Shown one piece after another: positions 28,598-37,606 of a stretch of DNA of 64,000 nt (the first letter of the stretch is position 1; the number at the start of each line of letters is the position of its first letter). The notes beneath the pieces were generated by a model. That model was not told where the DNA came from. It ran no database searches and worked only from the letters and a program-made list of their open reading frames with translations. Location: assembly GCA_024231215.1 (NCBI GenBank), contig JAAEQR010000072.1:385210-449209 (forward strand). The letters run 5' to 3'. The stretch comes from PVC group bacterium. Lineage in GTDB: Bacteria; Omnitrophota; Gorgyraeia; B26-G9. The translations under genes and the position numbers were made by a program.

Positions 28598-29341
28598 ATG
28601 TATCCTATTTTATGGCAAATAGGTTCGATCAGTATATATTCTTACGGGGTTATGGTTGCAATCGGGATTATGGTTTCTACTTATCTTTGCCAGTTTCATG
28701 CAGCTAAAAGAGGCATAGAAGATGAGAAGATTGTTGATCTGATATTTTGGGTGATTATCTTCGGTTTGATCGGAGGACGACTCTTATATGTTTTATTGAA
28801 CTTAAATGATTTTGTATCCCAGCCTCTGGAAATCGTCAAAATATATAAAGGCGGACTTATTTTTCACGGTAGTTTTATCGCCGGGATTATAACGGCGTTT
28901 GCGTTTATCAAAAAGACAAAGATGCCTTTGGGTAAGAGTTTAGACCTGATTGCTGTTTATGCGCCTTTAGGCCATGCCTTTGGTCGTATCGGGTGTTTTT
29001 TGAACGGGTGTTGTTATGGACATAGTACGGATGTAAGCTGGGGAGTATTGTTTCCCGGGCATATGTATCATGTGCATCCGACCCAGATATATTCAACTGT
29101 TTTATTGTTTGGCCTATGTGTGTTTTTGTATTTTCGGGAAAGAAAGAAATTGTTCGACGGGCAGATAATTAGCCTATATTTTATTTTATATGGTGTTATG
29201 CGTTTTACCATGGAGTTTCTACGGGGAGATAATCCGGCTGTATTGGGAGGCCTTTCTGTATTTCAGATAATTAGTATTGGATTATTAATAGTCGGAATAA
29301 TTATGTATCGTAATTTTAAGACGAAAGGTGTGAAAAGTTAA
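28598..29341 (+). CDS. lgt: Phosphatidylglycerol--prolipoprotein diacylglyceryl transferase Lgt
   Basis: Polytopic membrane protein with the Lgt signature (conserved G-rich H103/Y235 region GHAFGRIGCFLNGCCYG). Confidence 0.85.
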   Translation: MYPILWQIGSISIYSYGVMVAIGIMVSTYLCQFHAAKRGIEDEKIVDLIFWVIIFGLIGGRLLYVLLNLNDFVSQPLEIVKIYKGGLIFHGSFIAGIITAFAFIKKTKMPLGKSLDLIAVYAPLGHAFGRIGCFLNGCCYGHSTDVSWGVLFPGHMYHVHPTQIYSTVLLFGLCVFLYFRERKKLFDGQIISLYFILYGVMRFTMEFLRGDNPAVLGGLSVFQIISIGLLIVGIIMYRNFKTKGVKS

Positions 29342-29343
29342 AA

Positions 29344-30273
29344 TTGGAAAAAGAATTAGTTTTTATTGTAGAAGAAAAATTTTCAGGGCAGAGAATAGAT
29401 AAGTATTTGGGCTCGCAGCTTGCCGAAGAACTTTCCCGTAGTAATATAAAAAAGATTATCACCGATAAACGAGTCTCATTAAACGGAGTTCACCCAAAAG
29501 CTAATCACAAGATAAAAGTAAATGATAAGATTGTAATTATAGTGCACGATACAGATACAGCCCAAGCTGCGCCGGTAGATATCCATCCGGCAAACATCCC
29601 TTTAGATATTATCTTTGAAGATGAGTATATTATCGTGGTGAATAAGCCGGCAGGCTTAGTTGTTCATCCGGCCCCGGGGCATTACGATGATACCCTGGTA
29701 AATGCATTGCTTTTTTATACAAAAGAACTTTCGCAGATAAATGGTAACTTAAAGCCGGGTATTGTGCATCGTCTGGATAAGGATACTTCCGGAATTATGG
29801 TTGTAGCCCGGGATGATAAGACACATAATGTCCTAGCAAAACAGTTTAAACAGCATAAAGTTAATAAAATGTATATTGCCGTGGTTCTGGGTAGTGTGGA
29901 ATACGACGAAGGGATAGTTGAAGCTCCAATTGCCAGAAGCCCTATGGATCGTAAGAAAATGATGGTTGCGTATGCAGCCAGCCGGGATGCCGAAACTTTT
30001 TACCGAGTGATTAAACGTACTCCAAAGATGACGGTATTAGAAGCTCATCCGAAAACCGGCAGAACCCATCAGATTAGAGTACACATGGCTCATCTTGGAC
30101 ATCCACTTATCGGGGATGTAGCTTATTCCCAAGGAGGTCGGCAAGACCCCATAGATAGGCAAGCCTTACATGCTAAGAAAATTGGCTTTAAACATCCTCA
30201 GACTAAAGAATATGTGGAATTTGAAGCACCCCTACCACCGGATATGGAAAAGCTGATAGAGTTGATAGGATAG
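29344..30273 (+). CDS. rluD: 23S rRNA pseudouridine synthase, RluD-like (RluA family with S4 domain)
   Basis: TTG start. N-terminal S4-like domain. Catalytic HRLDKDTSG motif. Confidence 0.8.
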   Translation: MEKELVFIVEEKFSGQRIDKYLGSQLAEELSRSNIKKIITDKRVSLNGVHPKANHKIKVNDKIVIIVHDTDTAQAAPVDIHPANIPLDIIFEDEYIIVVNKPAGLVVHPAPGHYDDTLVNALLFYTKELSQINGNLKPGIVHRLDKDTSGIMVVARDDKTHNVLAKQFKQHKVNKMYIAVVLGSVEYDEGIVEAPIARSPMDRKKMMVAYAASRDAETFYRVIKRTPKMTVLEAHPKTGRTHQIRVHMAHLGHPLIGDVAYSQGGRQDPIDRQALHAKKIGFKHPQTKEYVEFEAPLPPDMEKLIELIG

Positions 30274-30291
30274 ATATCCAAACCAGATTAT

Positions 30292-31053
30292 ATGATTAAA
30301 TCAAAGATAAAAATAAGAACTAAATATGTACCTGCAGGTATTAAGATTCTTTATGAGGATCGAGACATGCTTGTGATCGATAAAAGTGTAGGGCTTTTGA
30401 GTGTTAAAGCTAATTATGAAAAAGAAAATACAGCACATAATCTGCTTACGAATTACGTTCGAAAAGGTAATCCAAAAGCAAGGATGAAGCTATTTGTTGT
30501 GCATCGCTTAGATCGGGAGACATCCGGAGTGCTGATTTTTGCTAAAAGTCTGGAAATTCGCGAGAAGTTTGCAGATCAGTGGGAAAGTGTAGAAAAAAAA
30601 TACTTAGCTTTAGTCGAGGGTAATTTAAGAGAAAAAAGCGGAATTATATCGTCTTATCTTACGGAGGGGGATGATTATATAGTAAGATCTGTTGATAATC
30701 CACGCGAGGGAAAGCTGGCTAGAACTAAATATAAGGTAATAAAAGAATCCAAGAAATATAGTCTATTAGAAATTGACCTTCTTACTGGTAAAAAAAATCA
30801 AATTCGTGTTCACTTCTCAGAAATTGGGCATCCGATTGTCGGAGATATAAAATATGGCAAAAAAACTAAGGGACGTCTAGGGTTACATGCATGGTCGATT
30901 AAGTTTAAACATCCGTTTAATAATCAAGAAATGGAGTTTGAAACGAAAATTCCAGAATATTTTCTGAAATATTTTAATATTACGGGGCAAGTTGATACTT
31001 GCTCTTCTAAGGAGCAGAGGAGCAGTAAAAGAGAGAGCAGGAATGCTGGATAA
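30292..31053 (+). CDS. RluA-family pseudouridine synthase (no S4 domain)
   Basis: Catalytic Asp motif HRLDRETSGVLIFAK and the RluA-family core. Confidence 0.75.
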   Translation: MIKSKIKIRTKYVPAGIKILYEDRDMLVIDKSVGLLSVKANYEKENTAHNLLTNYVRKGNPKARMKLFVVHRLDRETSGVLIFAKSLEIREKFADQWESVEKKYLALVEGNLREKSGIISSYLTEGDDYIVRSVDNPREGKLARTKYKVIKESKKYSLLEIDLLTGKKNQIRVHFSEIGHPIVGDIKYGKKTKGRLGLHAWSIKFKHPFNNQEMEFETKIPEYFLKYFNITGQVDTCSSKEQRSSKRESRNAG

Positions 31054-31193
31054 CTTAGAAAATAGAAATAAAAATGGATATATTCCAAAAACGTGGGATA
31101 ATAAGATAAAAATATCTTTTAAAATGTGCGAATACGGAAACACCTGCTGGTATTGTTCATTTATGAGTTTGTGCAGGTAGAAAAAAGGAAATT

Positions 31194-32390
31194 ATGAAAT
31201 TTAGTGAATTAAATCTTCCAGATAAGATTATGGCATCTTTGGGTAAAATGGGTTTTGAGGAAATGACGCCGATTCAGGAAGCGACGTATCCGATTATTGC
31301 CGCTGGCCAGGATCTTTGTGCGCTAGCTGAGACTGGATCGGGTAAAACCGCTGCTTGTGCAATTCCGCTTATTCAGAAAGTGGATACAACTCAGAATACA
31401 ATTCAGGGGCTGGTGATTGTGCCTACACGTGAATTATGTCTGCAGTATGTAACAGAGATCCAGAGCATTGGTGGAAAAACCGATTTGGCGCCATTTGCTA
31501 TATACGGTGGATTTAGCCGGGAAATTCAAACTGCCAAGTTAAAACATGGGGTGCATATTTTGGTAGCAACCCCGGGACGATTGATAGATCTTTTATATGA
31601 GGGGATTGTTGATCTTTCGAATGTGAAATGCGCTATTTTAGATGAGGCAGATGAACTGTTGCAGGAAGGTTTTTTCAGTGATATAAAACTGCTGCTTTCA
31701 TGTATTATTCATGAGCACCAGACGATACTATTTTCTGCAACCATGGCCGATGATATTAAAAAACTTGCTCATGACTGTCTGCGTGATCCTCAACATATAT
31801 CTTTGATCAAAAAGAGGGCGGCTCCGGTAAGTATTGAACATTGTTTTTTCTATCTTCATCCTAAAAACAAGCAGGCAGAGCTGGCACGATTTATTGAAGA
31901 GGAGAAAATTCGTCAGGCGATTATTTTTTGTAATGCCCGGCATTTAGTGGATAAATTGTTTCGTACTTTGCGTGGTTCTGTGAAAAATGTTGATTTTATT
32001 CATGCCGGACTCCGGCAGGAAAAACGCACCTCAATTATCAGGAAATTCAGAAAAAAAGAAATCCATTATCTTATTGCCACAGATGTTGCCGGCAGAGGGC
32101 TTGATTTTTCTCATGTTTCCCATGTGATTAACTGGGATTTTCCAGGTGGAGGAGAACAGTATACGCATCGTACCGGCCGGGCCGGGCGTATGGGTAGAAA
32201 AGGCAAAGCATTTACCTTTGTTACCAAGCACGATTTGCCTGCGTTTACCGAAGTCATCAAAAAGAAAAATATATCTCCGATTTGGGTGAGCAAGGATCCT
32301 TTTCAGAATGAAAAGCTTCATGACCAGAGTCACTCCTCCTCGCCTAAAAAGAAAAAACGTTCATTCCACAGATTTAAGAAAAAACAATAG
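31194..32390 (+). CDS. DEAD-box ATP-dependent RNA helicase
   Basis: Q-motif region, motif I AETGSGKT, motif II DEAD (LDEADELL), motif III SAT, motif VI HRTGRAGRMG. Basic C-terminal tail. Confidence 0.9.
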   Translation: MKFSELNLPDKIMASLGKMGFEEMTPIQEATYPIIAAGQDLCALAETGSGKTAACAIPLIQKVDTTQNTIQGLVIVPTRELCLQYVTEIQSIGGKTDLAPFAIYGGFSREIQTAKLKHGVHILVATPGRLIDLLYEGIVDLSNVKCAILDEADELLQEGFFSDIKLLLSCIIHEHQTILFSATMADDIKKLAHDCLRDPQHISLIKKRAAPVSIEHCFFYLHPKNKQAELARFIEEEKIRQAIIFCNARHLVDKLFRTLRGSVKNVDFIHAGLRQEKRTSIIRKFRKKEIHYLIATDVAGRGLDFSHVSHVINWDFPGGGEQYTHRTGRAGRMGRKGKAFTFVTKHDLPAFTEVIKKKNISPIWVSKDPFQNEKLHDQSHSSSPKKKKRSFHRFKKKQ

Positions 32391-32392
32391 GA

Positions 32393-33499
32393 GTGATTTT
32401 GAAAATAGCCCATTCAATTATAAAAATTGGTTGCCTGTTTGTTGTCGGAGGACTCATACTGTATGTTTGTAATCTCAGCAATGTCCCCAAAAAATATTTA
32501 GAGGAATCCCATTGGGAACCGGACAATAATAATCCGATTATAAAATATGGACAAGAGATATCTGATATTATCTGGAACGATCCATGTGTGATAAAAGAAG
32601 ATAATATTTATCGGATGTGGTTATCCGGAGGGACTGGTAAGGGGATTAATCACGTAAGGATTTATCAGGCTACTTCAAATAACGGGTTGAAATGGAAGAT
32701 TGATCCTAACCCTGTTTTAGTGCCTGGAAGTGCGGGGCAATGGGATGATGAAAAGGTAGAAACCCCGATGGTTATAAAAGTGGGAGAAACATATCATATG
32801 TATTACTCCGGATTTAACACCGGAGATAAAGGGGGGCAGTATCAGATCGGCCATGCGGTTTCTTCTGATGGAACAACCTGGGCCAAAGATTCGCAGAATC
32901 CAGTCATTATGTATACGAACGATGCTCAGCATTGGGGATTTTATGGTGTTGCAGAACCCGGGGCTGTTTATAATGTAAAAGACGATAAAATTTATTTATA
33001 TTATGTAGCGACAAAAATAAGAGATGGATATCAGGGGGGGAATCCGAATTTAATTACGCAGCATGGGATTTGCCTGGCGTTTTCTCCGGGTAATGACGGT
33101 AGTGATTTTACGCATTATGATTCAGATTCCGATGGCTTTCGCGATGCTGTATTGGTGCAGAGCTTAAATTATCCTCCGGAGATGGATTACCGGGGATATT
33201 CCACCCCGTTTATTGTTGTTGATAATGAAGGAATATATAATCTTTTCTATGATGTGGTGGTGCATTCTAAATACGGAGGCTGGAGACAGACTACACTTGC
33301 ACGTGCTACAAGTTTCGATGGAAAGAGTTTTGTGGAAGTAGAACGGGATATTATTGTTTCGGGGGTAGAAAAATGGACCCAATCTGAAGTGCGTGCTCCC
33401 AGTGTTATGCAAGAAGGCGATAGATTTAAAATGTGGTATGCCGGGCACTCTGATTGGTTTAAATCTTCTGGGATTGGATATGCTGTACGTGGCGAGTAA
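32393..33499 (+). CDS. Membrane-anchored 5-bladed beta-propeller glycoside hydrolase (GH43/GH32/GH130-like clan)
   Basis: GTG start whose AGGAG RBS overlaps the helicase stop. N-terminal signal-anchor. The blade motifs (WNDPCVIKEDNIYRMW; WDDEKVETPMVIKVGETYHMYYSG; AVSSDGTTWAK) are typical of clan GH-F/J beta-propeller glycosidases. Confidence 0.5.
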   Translation: MILKIAHSIIKIGCLFVVGGLILYVCNLSNVPKKYLEESHWEPDNNNPIIKYGQEISDIIWNDPCVIKEDNIYRMWLSGGTGKGINHVRIYQATSNNGLKWKIDPNPVLVPGSAGQWDDEKVETPMVIKVGETYHMYYSGFNTGDKGGQYQIGHAVSSDGTTWAKDSQNPVIMYTNDAQHWGFYGVAEPGAVYNVKDDKIYLYYVATKIRDGYQGGNPNLITQHGICLAFSPGNDGSDFTHYDSDSDGFRDAVLVQSLNYPPEMDYRGYSTPFIVVDNEGIYNLFYDVVVHSKYGGWRQTTLARATSFDGKSFVEVERDIIVSGVEKWTQSEVRAPSVMQEGDRFKMWYAGHSDWFKSSGIGYAVRGE

Positions 33500-33519
33500 G
33501 TGATAAAAGATTTTGTTTG

Positions 33520-34362
33520 CTATTCTTCTAACGATTCTACAAGGTTGGTGTAATAATCTACTTCTTTTAATCTATTTCTTTTTTTCGCGCCGTTAATATA
33601 AATCCTGCATTTTTGTTTTAATTCTTTCACTGCTGCTACAGATTGAGCTTCATCTAGTTGGCCGGATTTTATTATTTTATTTATAGAGTCAATCCGGAAT
33701 TTATCCATGGCCGGATATTTTTTGGATAACTGATCTTTATGACCTCCTGTTTTTAAAGTGAGGCTTTCTGGGATGAGTTTGACAGAATACTTTTGTGTAG
33801 CCCGCAGCCAAAAATCATAATCTTCACATGCCGGCATTGACTCATCAAATAGTCCAATATCTGCAAAAAGATCTTTTTTTATTGCGGTAGTGGACATGCC
33901 AATACAGCACAGAGGCAGTGCTTTTTCAAAAACAGATCCGTCTGGTTTTTTATGCCGGATCTTTTGATTTAAAAGTATCCCGTTACGATACCATATTTCT
34001 TCGGTATGGAATATTTTGATTTGCGGGAATTGATTTATGTATCTATAAGTTACTTCTAGCTTTTCTTTTTTAAATTGATCATCAGAATCAAGAAAGACTA
34101 TAAAATCCCCCTGAGAGTTTAAAACCCCGTTATTTCTGGCAGGAGATACACCTGAATGGTTTTGTCTGATATATTTAATGCGTGGATCCGTAATTGTTTT
34201 GATATAATTTAAAGTCTGATCTGTCGAGCCGTCATCGATGATTATGAGTTCAAAGTTTTCAAAACTCTGTGTTAGCACAGAATTGATAGCTGTTTTAAGG
34301 AAATCAAGCCGATTATATGTTGGAATTATAATACTAAAAAAAGGCGCGTTATTCTTGGACAT
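33520..34362 (-). CDS. Family 2 glycosyltransferase
   Basis: GT-A fold: FSIIIPTYNR...ELIIIDDGSTD and a DXD region (FLDSDD). It is the only clearly coding minus-strand gene in the window. Confidence 0.8.
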   Translation of the reverse strand: MSKNNAPFFSIIIPTYNRLDFLKTAINSVLTQSFENFELIIIDDGSTDQTLNYIKTITDPRIKYIRQNHSGVSPARNNGVLNSQGDFIVFLDSDDQFKKEKLEVTYRYINQFPQIKIFHTEEIWYRNGILLNQKIRHKKPDGSVFEKALPLCCIGMSTTAIKKDLFADIGLFDESMPACEDYDFWLRATQKYSVKLIPESLTLKTGGHKDQLSKKYPAMDKFRIDSINKIIKSGQLDEAQSVAAVKELKQKCRIYINGAKKRNRLKEVDYYTNLVESLEE

Positions 34363-34439
34363 GATTAAAAATTATAATATATATTTTGTATTTTGTAAAT
34401 AATCTGTGAATAATATTAAAAATTTGATATAATTAGGCT

Positions 34440-34871
34440 ATGGATAAAGAGGGACAGATGGAACAGTCTTATGGGGGACAAGAGAGACGGTACTATAAAC
34501 GTTGTTCTGTAGAATTGCCGGTAAAGCTTTCTTTTATAAGCGATGAGGTAAAAACTCAGGTGGTTGAGTTTTACGAGGCGCATACTATTGATATCTCCGG
34601 CGGCGGACTGGCGATTAAAGTGCAAAGTCTTGATCGGGAAATAATTCCTCAGATCAATGTCGGGGTGATTCGCTGTGGAATTAAACTACATATCCCAATC
34701 TATGCGGAGCAGATAATGATGTTGACTAAATCAGCCTGGATTATGCGGCAGTTAAGTATGGGGCCGGAAGATTCAGGGTATATTATCGGGGTGCAGTTTA
34801 CGGATATTACTACAGTGAATAAAGATAAGATTATAGGCTTTATAGTTGGTAGTTATTTGGGGAAACAATAG
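34440..34871 (+). CDS. PilZ-domain c-di-GMP receptor protein
   Basis: RxxxR (RRYYKR) and DxSxGG (DISGGG) PilZ signature motifs, with correct spacing. Confidence 0.7.
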   Translation: MDKEGQMEQSYGGQERRYYKRCSVELPVKLSFISDEVKTQVVEFYEAHTIDISGGGLAIKVQSLDREIIPQINVGVIRCGIKLHIPIYAEQIMMLTKSAWIMRQLSMGPEDSGYIIGVQFTDITTVNKDKIIGFIVGSYLGKQ

Positions 34872-34906
34872 GTTTAAGTTTGTATAAAAATTGTAGTAGG
34901 CAAGTG

Positions 34907-34950
34907 TAATACCCGCTCTGGGTTACCAACTTAGGGCGGGTATTTTATTG
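34907..34950 (+). terminator. Rho-independent terminator downstream of the PilZ gene
   Basis: Stem AATACCCGC...GCGGGTATT (9 bp) with an 18-nt loop, followed by TTTATTGTAAAT. Confidence 0.5.
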
Positions 34951-35031
34951 TAAATAAAGGGGGTATTAATATGGAGAAAAATCTGTTATAATTAAATCTT
35001 AATAAGTATGAGTTAAAGGATGAGTTGAATA

Positions 35032-35760
35032 ATGAAAAAGACAGAACAAAAAATAGTTAAATGGATACAAAAAAAAGTAAAAGATGCAAAGGCTAAAGGT
35101 ATAGTCTTTGGGTTAAGCGGAGGAATAGATTCTGCGGTAGTTGCCGGGCTGGTTAAGAAAGCAGTAGGCAATAACCATCAGGCACTGATCTTACCATGCC
35201 ATAGTTCAAAAAATGCGGCAAGTGATGCCAAGAAGGTGATAAAGCAATTCAAGCTAAAAAGCAGAATAGTTGATCTTACCGTAGTGTTTGATTGTTTCAA
35301 AAAGACATTACCGAAGGGAAATGCTTTGGCGAACGCAAATATTAAACCGCGCTTGCGAATGATAACGCTTTACTATATAGCAAATAGTTTGAATTATATT
35401 GTTGCCGGTACCGGTAATAAATCAGAATTATTAGTAGGCTATTATACTAAACATGGTGATGGAGGGGTGGATATCCTTCCGATTGCTGATTTGTTTAAAG
35501 CTCAGGTTGTTGAGTTAGCTGAGCAGTTGGGAGTACCGCAGTCTGTTGTTGATAAGCCTCCTTCAGCAGATCTCTGGTCTGGACAGACTGATGAAGAAGA
35601 AATGGGAGTTAAGTATTCAGAGCTTGATTGTATACTTGCGTCGATCACTAGCGGTAAAAAAATAAAAGTTTCTAAGGCAAAGGTTAATAAAGTAAAAAGA
35701 ATGAAAAAAGTCTCGGAGCATAAACGTAAAATGCCGGAGATATTCAGAATTAACCTGTAG
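35032..35760 (+). CDS. nadE: NH3-dependent NAD+ synthetase NadE
   Basis: PP-loop GLSGGIDSAV. NadE-specific motifs (NIKPRLRM, GTGNKSE, GYYTKHGDGG, PSADLW). Confidence 0.85.
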   Translation: MKKTEQKIVKWIQKKVKDAKAKGIVFGLSGGIDSAVVAGLVKKAVGNNHQALILPCHSSKNAASDAKKVIKQFKLKSRIVDLTVVFDCFKKTLPKGNALANANIKPRLRMITLYYIANSLNYIVAGTGNKSELLVGYYTKHGDGGVDILPIADLFKAQVVELAEQLGVPQSVVDKPPSADLWSGQTDEEEMGVKYSELDCILASITSGKKIKVSKAKVNKVKRMKKVSEHKRKMPEIFRINL

Positions 35761-35811
35761 GGGAGGGCCTTGCGTCCTTCCGTGATAAATTTAATATTTA
35801 ATATTTAATAT

Positions 35812-36477
35812 TTGGAACAAGGGTATTATATGATTGCAATTATCGACTACAAAATGGGAAATTTGCGTAGTGTAGCCAAAGCGTTCGAACTTGTAGGCGC
35901 AGAGGTTGAAGTTACTGCGGCAAAGACAAAACTGCGTAAGGCTAAGGCCTTGGTATTGCCTGGAGTAGGGGCTTTTGCTGCAGGAATGAAAAATCTGAGA
36001 GCTTTAAAGTTGATTCCGGAAATTACTGATGCTGTAGCTGAAGGTAAACCATTTTTGGGGATTTGTCTGGGTATGCAGTTGCTGTTAACTGAAAGCGAAG
36101 AACATGGTCGGCATAAAGGTCTGAATTTTATCCCCGGAAAAGTAGTGCGGTTTCGTTCTAATTTGAAAATTCCTCATATGGGCTGGAATACGATAGAAAA
36201 GATACAAAATAAAAATAGTGTAGGGGCGGCGCTTGCCCCCGCCCGTATATTAAATGGAGTCAAAGACGGATCCTATTTTTATTTTGTGCATTCGTATTAT
36301 GTAAAGCCAAAAGGTAGTAATGTTATTTTGGCAAAAACCGAATATGGTCAAAAATTTGCTTGTGTTATTGGTAAAGATAATGTTTATGGCATTCAATTTC
36401 ATCCGGAAAAAAGCTCTGACTTAGGGATGAAGATATTAAGAAATTTTTGCAAGATGTGTGGAGAAATTAATAGCTAA
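35812..36477 (+). CDS. hisH: Imidazole glycerol phosphate synthase glutaminase subunit HisH (class I GATase); probable start at 35830
   Basis: Catalytic triad context (GICLGMQLL Cys, HPEKS His). N-terminus IAIIDYKMGNLRSV. There is no adjacent hisA/hisB/hisI. Confidence 0.85.
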   Translation: MEQGYYMIAIIDYKMGNLRSVAKAFELVGAEVEVTAAKTKLRKAKALVLPGVGAFAAGMKNLRALKLIPEITDAVAEGKPFLGICLGMQLLLTESEEHGRHKGLNFIPGKVVRFRSNLKIPHMGWNTIEKIQNKNSVGAALAPARILNGVKDGSYFYFVHSYYVKPKGSNVILAKTEYGQKFACVIGKDNVYGIQFHPEKSSDLGMKILRNFCKMCGEINS

Positions 36478-36499
36478 TGGTTGATAGCTAATGGCTTAT
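36471..36499 (+). repeat. Tandem TAGCTAATGG repeats in the hisH-hisF spacer, inverted-repeat partner of 36979-37010
   Basis: TAGCTAATGG occurs twice at 14-nt spacing. The 15-mer TAGCTAATGGCTTAT (36485-36499) is the exact reverse complement of 36996-37010 inside hisF. Confidence 0.55.
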
Positions 36500-36577
36500 A
36501 GTGTATAGTTGGTTGATGGTTTGGGTTAGTAGTTAATAACTTATAATTAATAATTTATAATTGTCCGGAGGACAAAA

Positions 36578-37360
36578 ATGTTAGCTAAAAGAATTATCCC
36601 ATGCCTGGATGTTAAAGACGGTCGTGTGGTAAAAGGAATTAACTTTTTAAATCTGCGTGATGCAGGTGATCCGGTAGAACAAGCGGCAATGTATAGTCGA
36701 GAAGGTGCAGATGAAGTTGTTTTTCTTGATATTACTGCCAGTCATGAACACAGAAAAACTATGCTTGAAGTTGTCAAGCGAACTGCTGAGGAGGTCTTTA
36801 TTCCGTTTACAGTGGGCGGAGGCATAAAAACTTTAGCGGATATGGAAATAATACTTCGTAAAGGAGCGGATAAGGTTTCTGTAAACACAGCGGCTGTTAA
36901 AAAACCACAGTTAATTAAACAGGGATCACGAAAATTCGGGAACCAGTGTATTGTTGTGGCAATCGACGCTAAACAAAAGCTATCAGCCATTAGCCATAAG
37001 CCATTAGCTAAACAGTGGGAGGTTTATGTTTACGGGGGAAGAAACCCAACTGGAATTGATGTTCTTGAGTGGGCTAAGAAAGTGGAACAATTGGGAGCAG
37101 GGGAGATTTTGTTGACCAGTATGGATAGGGATGGAACTCAAGTAGGCTATGATTTAGAATTGACCAAAGCGGTTTCTGAAGCAGTAAGGATTCCGGTTAT
37201 AGCTTCTGGTGGAGCTGGAAATCTTCCCCATCTCTATGATGGATTGTTTCAGGGCAAAGCTGACGCAGTATTAGCAGCGTCGATTTTTCACTATGGAACC
37301 TACACGATTGGGCAAGCCAAACAATATCTTAGGAGGAGAGGACTTGCTATGAGACGATAA
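36578..37360 (+). CDS. hisF: Imidazole glycerol phosphate synthase cyclase subunit HisF
   Basis: (beta/alpha)8 barrel signature [16 protein letters not shown] (catalytic Asp11), AIDAK (second catalytic Asp), and [15 protein letters not shown]. It carries a loop insertion encoded by a repeat (see 36979-37010). Confidence 0.9.
   Translation: MLAKRIIPCLDVKDGRVVKGINFLNLRDAGDPVEQAAMYSREGADEVVFLDITASHEHRKTMLEVVKRTAEEVFIPFTVGGGIKTLADMEIILRKGADKVSVNTAAVKKPQLIKQGSRKFGNQCIVVAIDAKQKLSAISHKPLAKQWEVYVYGGRNPTGIDVLEWAKKVEQLGAGEILLTSMDRDGTQVGYDLELTKAVSEAVRIPVIASGGAGNLPHLYDGLFQGKADAVLAASIFHYGTYTIGQAKQYLRRRGLAMRR
36979..37010 (+). repeat. Intragenic (hisF) copy of the GCCATTAGC repeat, reverse complement of the spacer repeat
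   Basis: GCTATCAGCCATTAGCCATAAGCCATTAGCTA encodes an in-frame loop ([10 protein letters not shown]). The 15-mer ATAAGCCATTAGCTA is the reverse complement of 36485-36499. Confidence 0.55.
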
Positions 37361-37394
37361 TTATTGTCTTGATAGAGTAAATAGACTACTTAAT

Positions 37395-37430
37395 AAGCCG
37401 CTTTTTCATGTAAAGTGGCTTTTAATTTGT
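37395..37430 (+). terminator. Rho-independent terminator downstream of hisF
   Basis: Stem AGCCGCTTT/AAAGTGGCT (9 bp, one G-U) with a 7-nt loop, followed by TTTTAATTTGTTATTTT. Confidence 0.5.
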
Positions 37431-37533
37431 TATTTTAACCCCCATTTTTGAGCCTAGCTTTTAATGTAACTACAATATTATAAGATTGTTATAACTTTTA
37501 GGAGTAAGTTTCGGGGCAGGGATATTGATTGCA

Positions 37534-37562
37534 TTGACATTGTGGGGTAAAGGTGATAAAAT
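37534..37562 (+). promoter_or_regulatory. Near-consensus sigma70-type promoter for the glycan locus (TTGACA-17 nt-TAAAAT)
   Basis: TTGACA at 37534-37539, a 17-nt spacer, and TAAAAT at 37557-37562. This is about 45 nt upstream of the wzx start and follows a 247-nt AT-rich spacer. Confidence 0.45.
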
Positions 37563-37606
37563 AAGCTCTTACCTAATATATAATATAAATAATAGTATAG
37601 GAACAT

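Noticed and set aside
30992-31180. 62-aa ORF spanning the rluA-like stop and the spacer before the DEAD-box helicase
   Set aside because: It overlaps the 3' end of the rluA-family gene in another frame. It has no RBS and an unconvincing composition. The spacer is more likely a promoter or 5' UTR for the helicase.
35032-35760. Possibility that the PP-loop protein upstream of hisH is a WbuX/WbpG-type sugar amidotransferase
   Set aside because: Its length (242 aa) and motifs (NIKPRLRM, GTGNKSE, GYYTKHGDGG, PSADLW) are those of genuine NH3-dependent NAD synthetase NadE. They do not fit the larger asparagine-synthetase-like WbuX family.
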